Positions 47,670-56,071 of a stretch of DNA of 64,000 bases are shown one piece after another. The position numbers and the translations under genes are program-made. The notes under the pieces were generated by a model. The model saw nothing but the letters and a program-made list of their open reading frames with translations. It had not been told where the DNA came from and did not search any database. How positions within the stretch are numbered: the stretch's first letter is position 1; each line of letters starts with the position of its first letter. This DNA is from an uncultured virus (IMG/VR IMGVR_UViG_3300033121_002286) (taxonomy: Duplodnaviria > Heunggongvirae > Uroviricota > Caudoviricetes): the IMG/VR virus record IMGVR_UViG_3300033121_002286, one strand, 5' to 3'.

Positions 47670-48660
47670 AACTAGGTTTTTCCTTTATGATAGAAGTTTT
47701 TATGTCTTCTAAGTTGGTCTTGGTAATGTCGTTAAAATAGTCTGAGACTACAACTATTTTTTGAGAGTCTCTGAGAGCATTATACCTTTTGGGCTTCTCT
47801 CTTTTATCCACAGATATTTCTACCTGTATCTCTCATCCTCAATGTTTCGAAATCAGCGAACTGACTTCCGGATATCAACCGTATCGTGTGCGATATTCGA
47901 CAAACTATTCCATCGTCAAGGCTTGCATAACCCTGGTGCGACAGCTTCATCTATCAAACTATCCATGCTTGGAGAGCGAAGATAGCACTCTGTTACATTA
48001 TCCACTCCGAAGAGTGGCAAGCGGTCAGAGCTTTAGAGGACTTTGTTCAACACACGTTACCAGACTTTCTCTTGTATAATGTATATGTTATAATAGAGAT
48101 TATACCTAAACCGAGCATTGGAAGACGAGCTGGTAAGTGAAGTTCCCTGGCTTTTGACCAGCGAATGCTTCTCGCCTTCCTGTGAGACTGCGAATCTCAC
48201 CACAACATAACGATCAACCACCTCAGTACTTTAATTGTTTTTTGCAACCAAAGCCAACTCATCGTTTAATTGTTTGCACAACCAACTGCATAAGCAGTGA
48301 ATGAGAAGTTCGACCTATATATTGTTGGCCAATGCATTTGTCATGTTGCACATAACTTACACATTATTTAAATACGATTTTTTGAACCGCATATAAACCA
48401 CACTCCATGTCTGAAGCATGAACGCCCTGACTTTCTCCTGTTGTCTGTTAAAACTCAACAACCGTCTCGGAACGATTGTCTGGTGTTTTTGAAACACACC
48501 AGGTACTAATCAGTGTTTGGGTGTTCTCCGCCATGCGGAGCGTATCTGCCTGCCCCTCTAAAACATGCTTTCACACATTAAGAGGTAAAGGTATATCAAC
48601 GACAGATACCTATAGTCCCATTGCTGGGGTTTACCTTAAGGGTGCCAAACCACCCTATAA
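47670..48660 (-). ncRNA. large (~1 kb) structured ncRNA, GOLLD-like candidate
   Basis: No credible ORF, raised GC, many hairpins (CCACTC-TTCG-GAGTGG, GTGAGATT-CGC-AGTCTCAC, CTGGTGT..ACACCAG); bounded by promoter, tRNA-like gene, boxA and terminator; family identity unverified. Confidence 0.7.
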
Positions 48661-48687
48661 TCTTAAATCAAAGAACGTTTTCTTTTG

Positions 48688-48785
48688 TCGGGAAACAAGG
48701 ACTTGAACCTCATTCTCTTAGCCTAATGTCCACAAGTTTTGACACCTGCGACCATACGACCCGTGCTACCAGTACACCAGCCCCG
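48688..48785 (-). tRNA. degenerate tRNA-Pro-like RNA with insertion in the anticodon arm
   Basis: CGGG..CCCG-A ends, GTGTACTGGTAGCAC D arm, AGGTTCAAGTCCT T arm; ~25 extra nt forming CGCAGGT/ACTTGTG stem. Confidence 0.5.
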
Positions 48786-49021
48786 ATTTTAAATTTTAGA
48801 CTTCACTACCTAAACTAACCTAACCTACAATAGTAGGTATTTTTCAAAAAATGTGTCAAATCATATTTTATTAATTTGACTCTGCAAATATACACACGAT
48901 TTTTCTTTTCGCAAGTGTTTTGCAAAATATTTTTCTTTTTTGTTTTCAACAAATAAATTGTTCATTGTTAATAATAGTTAAGTTGCTGAAAACCATTTTT
49001 TTATAAATTAAAAATTAAACT

Positions 49022-49297
49022 TTAAATTGCAGATTGTTGATTTTCAGCACTTTGATTTTCTATGTTGAATTCAAACTCCAAATTTTCTTTCATACAGTTG
49101 CACTTTATAAAACCAAAAAATTTGTTTTCAGATCTTTTACATTCAACAAATAAACCTTCTAAAGAAATATCAGAAGTCTTTAATATATAATCTGATAGTG
49201 CTTTCGATTCGTCTTCTGCAAGATCACCTGTGTGATTATAAAAATATTTTTTCAAAAGATTGGAAATGTATCTCTCAACAGATTTCAGATAAATCAT
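49022..49297 (-). CDS. hypothetical protein
   Basis: 91-aa ORF. Confidence 0.55.
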   Translation of the reverse strand: MIYLKSVERYISNLLKKYFYNHTGDLAEDESKALSDYILKTSDISLEGLFVECKRSENKFFGFIKCNCMKENLEFEFNIENQSAENQQSAI

Positions 49298-49388
49298 TTT
49301 TCTTTTCCTTAAAACTATTTTGTTGCGTTTATTTTCGTTTTTGGATCGGTATACGCAATTAGTTGCGTATATATTATGTTATAGGTAA

Positions 49389-49562
49389 TTAAAAAATTGA
49401 TTTCAACCGTTTCCACCACGATTTCCATCTGAACCTAACTATTGTATCACATATCATACATTTATCCATTGTATAATGCTCCGTATTTGTGTAAACGATA
49501 TTACGGAAATCGTTGCAGTCGTGCTTAGGAAAAGTTACTGCGTTGTCTTGTTCTTTATTCAT
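49389..49562 (-). CDS. cassette 1 small protein (57 aa; HDC and CxxC motifs)
   Basis: MNKEQDNAVTFPKHDCNDFRN..KCMICDTIVRFRWKSWWKRLKSIF fills the cassette. Confidence 0.65.
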   Translation of the reverse strand: MNKEQDNAVTFPKHDCNDFRNIVYTNTEHYTMDKCMICDTIVRFRWKSWWKRLKSIF

Positions 49563-49579
49563 AATCAATTTTTCAACAT

Positions 49580-49680
49580 ACCTATAACAAAGTGTATAAG
49601 TAATGTGGCTAATTAAATTTATCTGTAAGTCGAAAGTATGTGCAAAGCCACACTACTCATACACTCGACCGTTATATGCA
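49580..49680. repeat. attC-like site 1
   Basis: CCTATAAC-AA-AGTGTAT.AGTA.TGTGGCT..AGCCACA.TACT.ATACACT-CGACC-GTTATAT. Confidence 0.8.
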
Positions 49681-49751
49681 ATGCTACGTTATCACTTCGT
49701 ATTAAGTTTTGTGGTTAAATCTTTTTGTTTTATTTTTTTCCACCCACACAA

Positions 49752-50411
49752 TTATAAATCAATAAGTTTTACTTGACCATATTTATCTTGCATTAAATTA
49801 TCACCATGAAAATCTACATAATTAAAACCAAATGCTTGTTTGTATTCTTGAAATGCTGATTGTATATCATTAATAAAAGTTTCATAATCACTATAATTTT
49901 CATAAAACCATTTTAATTTATCAACATATTGTTTTTCTGAAATACTATCAATATCAGTCTCTTCCATCAATTCTTCTACCTTTAAATAAAGGTCATCACG
50001 TAAATTATCTTCTAACCAAACATCTAAACCATCTTCATCATTAGTGTAGAATAAATAATCAATGCAATCTATGATGTTTTTTTCTTCTTGTGAAATTGGT
50101 AATAAAACTTCCATAACAACACAATATTTACCATTGATTTTCCTAACATCATAGACTGTCGGTAAATAATCATAGTATTCATCTATAAGTGCTGAATAAT
50201 CACCAACCATTTCAGTTCGTATATTTAATGCAAAATTACCTTTGTTTGTGATTATTTTATATGTTTTACTATAATCACCACTACCCAAGTCAGTAATATT
50301 ATTCACTACAATATTATTTTCTTTAAAGTATTGTAGATATTCTTCATCGTGATTTAATTGTTCATTCAAATATTCACGTATAGTAGTTGCTATAAATTTT
50401 CTTAATTCCAT
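49752..50411 (-). CDS. cassette 2: protein-kinase-like (APH/PKL fold) protein with LRKFIATTIREYLNE leader
   Basis: LGSGDYSKTY, VVMEVL, DFHGDNLM, VKLID. Confidence 0.75.
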   Translation of the reverse strand: MELRKFIATTIREYLNEQLNHDEEYLQYFKENNIVVNNITDLGSGDYSKTYKIITNKGNFALNIRTEMVGDYSALIDEYYDYLPTVYDVRKINGKYCVVMEVLLPISQEEKNIIDCIDYLFYTNDEDGLDVWLEDNLRDDLYLKVEELMEETDIDSISEKQYVDKLKWFYENYSDYETFINDIQSAFQEYKQAFGFNYVDFHGDNLMQDKYGQVKLIDL

Positions 50412-50526
50412 ATTCTTAAATAGTTTTATTCTATATATAAATATTCAAATTTTAATTTTCATCCCACAAAAAATAAAACAAAAATATTTCATGCTTCGTA
50501 TCAAAGTTTCTACTATAAATCCGCAC

Positions 50527-50626
50527 TGCATATAACAAGGTGTATAAAACATAACCCATTATAATTCAGTGGTTAATATCAAAGTTCATGGTTGGGTTAC
50601 GTTTCATACACCCAACCGTTATGCTC
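50527..50626. repeat. attC-like site 2
   Basis: CATATAAC-AA-GGTGTAT.AAAC.TAACCCA..TGGGTTA.GTTT.ATACACC-CAACC-GTTATGC. Confidence 0.8.
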
Positions 50627-50693
50627 CATGCCTTAGTTTAGTGTTTCAATTTGAGTTTCATGATGAAAAACAAAAAAAATTTTTCCAACGCAC

Positions 50694-51179
50694 TTATTGA
50701 ATTATTTGGATATTATCTTTATCGAAAACACCAATTGATTCAACATCTCTTTCTAATTCTTCAGCAATTAATATTGAATCAAACCCATTTGAAATAGCAC
50801 AATAATAAGCATCATCACAAGTCCAATAAGGTAGTTCTTTATAAAATTGTTCATCCAATATTTCATCAATTTCTTCATTAGTTTTACCATCATTTTTCAA
50901 ATAATCTATAAATAATTCAAAATGATTTTTATTTGAAGTATCGAAAGTGTTGTGAATATTTAATTTTACCTTATAAATATATTTACCATAAGTTTTAGCA
51001 TAGTCCAAATTTTTAGTAAAAAACCAGACAGGTAAATCAATTTCCATATATGTTTTATTATATACTAAATCAAACATATCAAATTTATTATTTGAACCGT
51101 GATACCAAATATCGTTGGAATAATTCTCATTCAAATATTCTCTAATAGTGGTTGCTATAAACTTTCTCAAATCTTTCAT
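50694..51179 (-). CDS. cassette 3: ADP-ribosyltransferase-like protein with LRKFIATTIREYLNE leader
   Basis: WYHGS..F..F, WFFT..YA..YG, GFDSI, E.IGVF. Confidence 0.65.
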   Translation of the reverse strand: MKDLRKFIATTIREYLNENYSNDIWYHGSNNKFDMFDLVYNKTYMEIDLPVWFFTKNLDYAKTYGKYIYKVKLNIHNTFDTSNKNHFELFIDYLKNDGKTNEEIDEILDEQFYKELPYWTCDDAYYCAISNGFDSILIAEELERDVESIGVFDKDNIQIIQ

Positions 51180-51286
51180 TTTTTCTTTTATATATAAATA
51201 TTCAATTTTAAAATATCCACCCTAAAATTCTTTTTATTTTTCTTTCGTGTTTCAAATTAAGTTTAGTGGTTAATAAGTCGGCACAA

Positions 51287-51418
51287 GAGCATAACAAGGT
51301 GTATATGTAATGTGAGTTTCAGTTGTATATTGAACATTTGTTCTTCTAATTAAGTTTATCTGTAATTGAAAGTTCAGTTATTCTAATCTCACACTACATA
51401 TACACCCAACCGTTAGGC
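51287..51418. repeat. attC-like site 3
   Basis: GCATAAC-AA-GGTGTATATGTA.TGTGAG..CTCACA.TACATATACACC-CAACC-GTTAGGC. Confidence 0.8.
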
Positions 51419-51552
51419 ACAATGCAAGTGCGTAACCCGAAGGAAATCTTCTTTGTCTATTGAAATAAACTTATCTGTTATTCCTTTCACAAATTCTTGA
51501 TATTCTTTTTCGTATTTCATTTTTTTATTCGTATAAAATTTTTAAAACTAAA

Positions 51553-51606
51553 ACATAACAGCAAATAAAACACTTTAAAACGATGTTTTATTTGCAACCG
51601 TTATAT
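51553..51606. repeat. attC-like site 4 (short)
   Basis: ACATAAC-A-GCAAATAAAACA..TGTTTTATTTGC-AACC-GTTATAT. Confidence 0.75.
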
Positions 51607-51610
51607 GGTA

Positions 51611-51817
51611 TTAAGAAGACCCGTAGTGAAAACTTGACCAACAATCATATTCCGAGTTCCATCTAAAACCAAGTTCACATAATTTATCCTTATCTTCTTT
51701 CGACACTTCCTCTTCTGTAATTCCAACCACCATAAGTATATCGTGTTCACAATTCGTTGGGTAAGTTTCGTTTTTGTACTTTAAGAAAATTTGTAATGCT
51801 TCAATTAACTTTTCCAT
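51611..51817 (-). CDS. cassette 5 hypothetical phage protein
   Basis: MEKLIEALQIFLKY..PTNCEHD..LGF..SFHYGS. Confidence 0.7.
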   Translation of the reverse strand: MEKLIEALQIFLKYKNETYPTNCEHDILMVVGITEEEVSKEDKDKLCELGFRWNSEYDCWSSFHYGSS

Positions 51818-51856
51818 TTTGCTTTGAAATTTAACTGCACACAACAAGTGTGGTGA

Positions 51857-52090
51857 TTAATTTTTATTTTTTAATTTACATTCGTGCTTTATAAAACTGC
51901 AGCAAATCCATTCAATAAATCTACCAAGCCAACCGATACATTCTCCACATTTTTGACAACAATAACTTGGATATTTAGATTTAAATGTTTTACAATTTCT
52001 ACACAATGAGTTTGGCTGTCTCAAATCACAAACAACACCCATTCCTGGATTTATTGCTTTATTGTGAATACATTTTAATTCTCTTTTCAT
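51857..52090 (-). CDS. small Cys-rich hypothetical protein
   Basis: Multiple CxxC motifs. Confidence 0.6.
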   Translation of the reverse strand: MKRELKCIHNKAINPGMGVVCDLRQPNSLCRNCKTFKSKYPSYCCQKCGECIGWLGRFIEWICCSFIKHECKLKNKN

Positions 52091-52425
52091 ATCATATTAT
52101 TTTTGGCTGATACTGCCAAAGAAATTCTTTTTTGAACCTCTGCATAATGTTGCATATATTCATCTTTTGTGATTTCAAACCACTCTTCTTCAATATCATC
52201 ATCCCATTTCTTAGGATTAAAATAACCATAATATTCTATATCAAAGTGAGAAGTTTCATTACCCTCCCAATAACCCAAACGCAACATCATTGGTTCGCAC
52301 CTTTCTTCGTCTGTTGAATAAACAAACAACTTCGTAACACTCCACCAATATTTTCCAGCCAAAAAGCGTTTTTCTTATTCTGTACTTTCCTGTTAGCTTC
52401 CTCATGTTGTTTATCTTTTTAATTT

Positions 52426-52953
52426 TTAATTTATCGTTATATATTTTATTGGAACACTGTCTGTCAAATAAACGTTGTTGTTTGATTTATAAAAGGTAAA
52501 ACCATCATTATTCATTTGAACGGCATCTATTTTTAAAACGACAGGCGATCCATGTCGCTTACCAACATTGATAGCTGTTTCAAGATTATCAGACAAATGT
52601 ACGTGATTTCTTGATTGTTTGGTTAGACCTAAATCCATAATTGATCCAAGAAAGCGATGTGCGGTTCCATGATACAAAAAACCGGAAGGAATAAATGGTT
52701 GGAGTTCCACATCCACTTCTACACTATGCCCCTGCCTGGCTCTTATTCTTTGTTGATGCTGGTCAAACTCAAACCTTTTTTTATCATTAGTTTCAACAAT
52801 TTCATCAAGTTCTGTTTTTTTTATTTTTAAAATTTTTAAAATGTCAGAAACATTTGCCCAACCCTTATCACTTAAAACTATCCCAACAGATTCGGGGTCA
52901 TGCCTTAAAATTTTTGATAAAAATTTGCTTTGCCTTTGTAATTCTTTTCTCAT
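52426..52953 (-). CDS. kptA: RNA 2'-phosphotransferase Tpt1/KptA
   Basis: SKFLSKILRHDP, NDKKRF, IRARQGHS, LYHGT, RNHVHLS, VGKRHG. Confidence 0.95.
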   Translation of the reverse strand: MRKELQRQSKFLSKILRHDPESVGIVLSDKGWANVSDILKILKIKKTELDEIVETNDKKRFEFDQHQQRIRARQGHSVEVDVELQPFIPSGFLYHGTAHRFLGSIMDLGLTKQSRNHVHLSDNLETAINVGKRHGSPVVLKIDAVQMNNDGFTFYKSNNNVYLTDSVPIKYITIN

Positions 52954-52961
52954 TGGTATTT

Positions 52962-52988
52962 AAACGGTTAAAAGTTATAAAAGTTACA
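52962..52988 (-). promoter_or_regulatory. ECF-sigma-type promoter TGTAAC-N16-CGTTT
   Basis: Exact motif 8 nt upstream of the kptA start. Confidence 0.7.
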
Positions 52989-55900
52989 AACTTTTCTTTT
53001 TGCTTAAAACAATTTGCAACAAATCATCAAAAACACTATGTTTAACAGAGTTCTCTCTGTGTTCACCATCTAAAATTTGCATTGTTATTTTTTCTTTTTT
53101 ATTAAGCAACTCTTCGATATATTCATCTATTGTGTCTTGAACAACAAGCCTTATAATTTGTACATTATCCGATTCTTGTCCTGCCCGATGACAACGATCC
53201 TCAGCCTGAATTCGATCTGATGGTGTCCATGGCTGATCAATAAAAAGGACAGTACTGGCTGATGTCAAAGTAAGACCAACACCTGCAGCACCAATAGTTC
53301 CTGAAAACACCTTTTTCTTTTCATCTTCCATGAATTTTTCTCTTGCTTCTTCCTTTTCCTCAGCCGATTTTTTCCCGGTATACCAAACAGCATTGTCTTT
53401 AAACTCCTCATATATCATTCGTGTTGTTTCAACATATTGAGAAAAAACAACAACCTTTTCATCTCCATCAATTATGTTTCTTATAAATTCAAATGATCTT
53501 TGGGCACAAATTTTAGAAGTAAACATTTTTAATTTCTGAATTTTTGCCAAACCAACCATCCTATCATCATCTTCAGAGGTATCTTCAACAACTCCTTTTT
53601 CTAATTTTTTATATTCCCTTAATTCTTCTGGGGTTAAATAAATTGGAATTATTGTATATGTTTTTGCTGGTAAATATTCTAAAACTCCAGGATCTTTTTT
53701 TCTTCTTCTTAAATATAAATAAGATAATTTTTGAAACAACTCTGCTTCATTCGTAGAATCATCATAATTCCAATGTCCCCACTCATCTTCTTTACCGCCA
53801 CAATATTTTACTCCAAAACTGTGTGAGTTAACCCATTCAAAGGGATCAAGAAAGTTTAATACAGGAAAAAACTCATAAGGCTTGTTTTTAATGGCAGTTC
53901 CAGACATTAAAATTTTTCTTGGTGTCTTTTTAAATCCAGCATTAACAAGCTTGTATCTGCTCGATTTTACATTTTTGATATAATGACAATTAGATACCAG
54001 TATATTATTTGCATAATAATTATGATTGTCTGAAATTTCTAAATTAAAAACTTCTTTATTTCCAACACAACCGCTTCTATTGAATTGTCTATTTCCTGAT
54101 TCCAGAATCTCAATACTTTCCACCCTAGAAAATTCAATATTTCCGTTTTCCTCTTGTCCAAAAATTTCCATTTTTTCATTAGATGCGTTTTTCCATCTAC
54201 CTCTATTGATAATTTCAATTCTGGAAATGCCAAATCCACTTTGTAATGATTTGGCAAACTTTTGAAAAATCCCCTCGCTGGCCTTGTTTTTATTGGATAT
54301 TCCATTACCCATCCTTCTCCCAAAGAATCGTATAACCTTTGTTGCTGTTTTGTTATTTGTCCATTGCCACCTCTTGATAAAAATGTTTTTCCAACTGAAC
54401 TCTTTTTCATTTTTTCTATGTTTTTTTGATCCGCCATAGGGTTGTTCAATTTCATTCGAATTGAAGATTTTTGGGCTCTTGCAGGGTTGTTCTGATAATT
54501 TTTTAAATTTGACTCTTTTACTTTTCGCTTGGTTTCTTCCGTATATATCTTTGCCCTTATTTCCGGTTGGGACATTCTCCATTTTGCAGAACAATTCGTT
54601 GAACAAAATCTTCTTTTTTGAGATTGTTTTCCGTTTGATTTTATTTTGAATGTTTTTCCACACCATTGACATGATTTTACTATCAAAGGCTTTGAATTTC
54701 GTTTCTTTACTGCCAATTTTGATTTCTGGGTGTTCATAATTGTTTTTGAGGCGCAACTCACACTGCAATATTTTCCCTTTTTCCATATTTGCTTTTTGCT
54801 CAGCGGTTTTTGACAACACCCACACAGTATCTCCAGTTTTAATTTCTTCTGCTCTGACATATTTGTTTCCGTTTATATAGATTTTGTGATTTGGAGTGCA
54901 AACGATATCTTGTCCATTGTTTGTTCTTATTTTTAACAAACAAGATGATGTTTGCTTCTTTATATATCTGTTTATTTTTTTATATTCATTTTTTTTTGTA
55001 ATATGATTATAACTTAGTACTTTAAAATCTAAATTAAATTCAACCAAATCTCCTATTGGAACATTACCAAATTCGGTCATAATATTTGTTTCATAAACAA
55101 AGCATTCATCAATTACGACCAAATCATAAATTGATGTTTTTAAATCCACACCACCCTTGTCAACAAAACTACACAATTCTGTATTCCTAGATTTAACAGA
55201 ATTTTCTTTAAAACACTTGGGACACATTTTGTGTTTTTTCACCTGGCTCACTTCATCAAAATCACAATAAGGATTTTGACATTTATGATGAACGTCAAAC
55301 TTCAAATAAGTCTCTAAAGCATTATAACTTACAATGTGAATTTTACTTGTTTCTGGACTGCCCAATTGTAGTCCTTCTTTTTTCTTTATCTTATATTTAA
55401 AGACATATGGTACCTCATGTGTAAATTTCAAAATTTCCTTTGCCCAAATAAGCGCAAGAGAGGCAGGACATATAATTAAAGTTTGGAAGTGGTGTTTGGC
55501 TGAATATGAAATTGCTGTAAGGGTCTTGCCCACACCTGGCTCATCCCCCAACAAAGCTACACCATCAGAACATTCAAAAAATTTAACAGCTTTCTTCTGA
55601 TATAAATAAGGCTCGATCTTCATAAAAGAATAATCCTCATTTTTTATTTCCTCATCAAAATCTCCATTCTTAAATTTTTCTACCTGGATTAATCTTTCTT
55701 TTCTTTTTTTAACATACTCTTCAACTTTCCAAATTTCTTTTTCTGATAAATTTTCGTATTGATATAAAATGTGATTATCTTGACAATACCACATTATTTT
55801 CATTAATCCGTGAATGTTGCAAATATGAAACCAATCTTTTTTAGACTGTCCACTATCCGTAATTACAGTGTCAAAAGCGGTCTTAATCTGTTCTTTGGAT

Positions 55901-55989
55901 ATGGTTTTAAGGTGTTTTATGAGTTCTTCGTCATACCCAAACCTGACCTGAAAATTGGTCCTTATACGTTTAATCTTGACTACTGGCAT
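52984..55989 (-). CDS. SNF2-family (SMARCAL1/HARP-like) helicase with intein
   Basis: DEPGVGKT, IICPASL, VIDE|CH, MSGTA, KVVVFS, AAGVGLTLT, QAEDRCHRAGQ. Confidence 0.92.
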   Translation of the reverse strand: MPVVKIKRIRTNFQVRFGYDEELIKHLKTISKEQIKTAFDTVITDSGQSKKDWFHICNIHGLMKIMWYCQDNHILYQYENLSEKEIWKVEEYVKKRKERLIQVEKFKNGDFDEEIKNEDYSFMKIEPYLYQKKAVKFFECSDGVALLGDEPGVGKTLTAISYSAKHHFQTLIICPASLALIWAKEILKFTHEVPYVFKYKIKKKEGLQLGSPETSKIHIVSYNALETYLKFDVHHKCQNPYCDFDEVSQVKKHKMCPKCFKENSVKSRNTELCSFVDKGGVDLKTSIYDLVVIDECFVYETNIMTEFGNVPIGDLVEFNLDFKVLSYNHITKKNEYKKINRYIKKQTSSCLLKIRTNNGQDIVCTPNHKIYINGNKYVRAEEIKTGDTVWVLSKTAEQKANMEKGKILQCELRLKNNYEHPEIKIGSKETKFKAFDSKIMSMVWKNIQNKIKRKTISKKKILFNELFCKMENVPTGNKGKDIYGRNQAKSKRVKFKKLSEQPCKSPKIFNSNEIEQPYGGSKKHRKNEKEFSWKNIFIKRWQWTNNKTATKVIRFFGRRMGNGISNKNKASEGIFQKFAKSLQSGFGISRIEIINRGRWKNASNEKMEIFGQEENGNIEFSRVESIEILESGNRQFNRSGCVGNKEVFNLEISDNHNYYANNILVSNCHYIKNVKSSRYKLVNAGFKKTPRKILMSGTAIKNKPYEFFPVLNFLDPFEWVNSHSFGVKYCGGKEDEWGHWNYDDSTNEAELFQKLSYLYLRRRKKDPGVLEYLPAKTYTIIPIYLTPEELREYKKLEKGVVEDTSEDDDRMVGLAKIQKLKMFTSKICAQRSFEFIRNIIDGDEKVVVFSQYVETTRMIYEEFKDNAVWYTGKKSAEEKEEAREKFMEDEKKKVFSGTIGAAGVGLTLTSASTVLFIDQPWTPSDRIQAEDRCHRAGQESDNVQIIRLVVQDTIDEYIEELLNKKEKITMQILDGEHRENSVKHSVFDDLLQIVLSKKKSL
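53989..55104 (-). mobile_element. intein (372 aa) inserted in the DE|CH box
   Basis: Starts CFVYET, block B CTPNH, ends VFNLEISDNHNYYANNILVSN followed by Cys. Confidence 0.92.
54039..54860 (-). CDS. DUF559/Vsr-like endonuclease encoded out of frame inside the intein
   Basis: CGCC..YCSVSC, CQWC..FCSTNC, RMKLNNPM, YKVDLA..IEVDGKTH..DKRK..GWKVLRFWN. Confidence 0.85.
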   Translation of the reverse strand: MSEQKKLKLEILCGCCQKPLSKKQIWKKGKYCSVSCASKTIMNTQKSKLAVKKRNSKPLIVKSCQWCGKTFKIKSNGKQSQKRRFCSTNCSAKWRMSQPEIRAKIYTEETKRKVKESNLKNYQNNPARAQKSSIRMKLNNPMADQKNIEKMKKSSVGKTFLSRGGNGQITKQQQRLYDSLGEGWVMEYPIKTRPARGFFKSLPNHYKVDLAFPELKLSIEVDGKTHLMKKWKFLDKRKTEILNFLGWKVLRFWNQEIDNSIEAVVLEIKKFLI

Positions 55990-56071
55990 TTTAATTTATA
56001 ATTTAAACAAAAATACAAATTAAAAATTAAAAAAACAAACTATTTACTAATACATAGTCTATTATACAATC

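Larger units (their letters stand above)
49350..51855. mobile_element. attC-like gene cassette array (5 cassettes, no integrase in window)
   Basis: Four full TAAC..stem-loop..CC-GTTA sites plus partial sites at 49350..49386 and 51833..51855; ends of cassettes 1-3 are mutually complementary. Confidence 0.8.

Noticed and set aside
47599..48818. ORFs 47761, 47789, 48476, 48621 and the upstream extension of the HD gene
   Set aside because: Atypical composition; they cross a terminator, promoter and tRNA-like element and are better explained as ncRNA
49350..51855. CRISPR array
   Set aside because: Repeats are 54-132-nt imperfect palindromes separated by whole genes, not constant repeats with 30-40-nt spacers; no cas operon in the window
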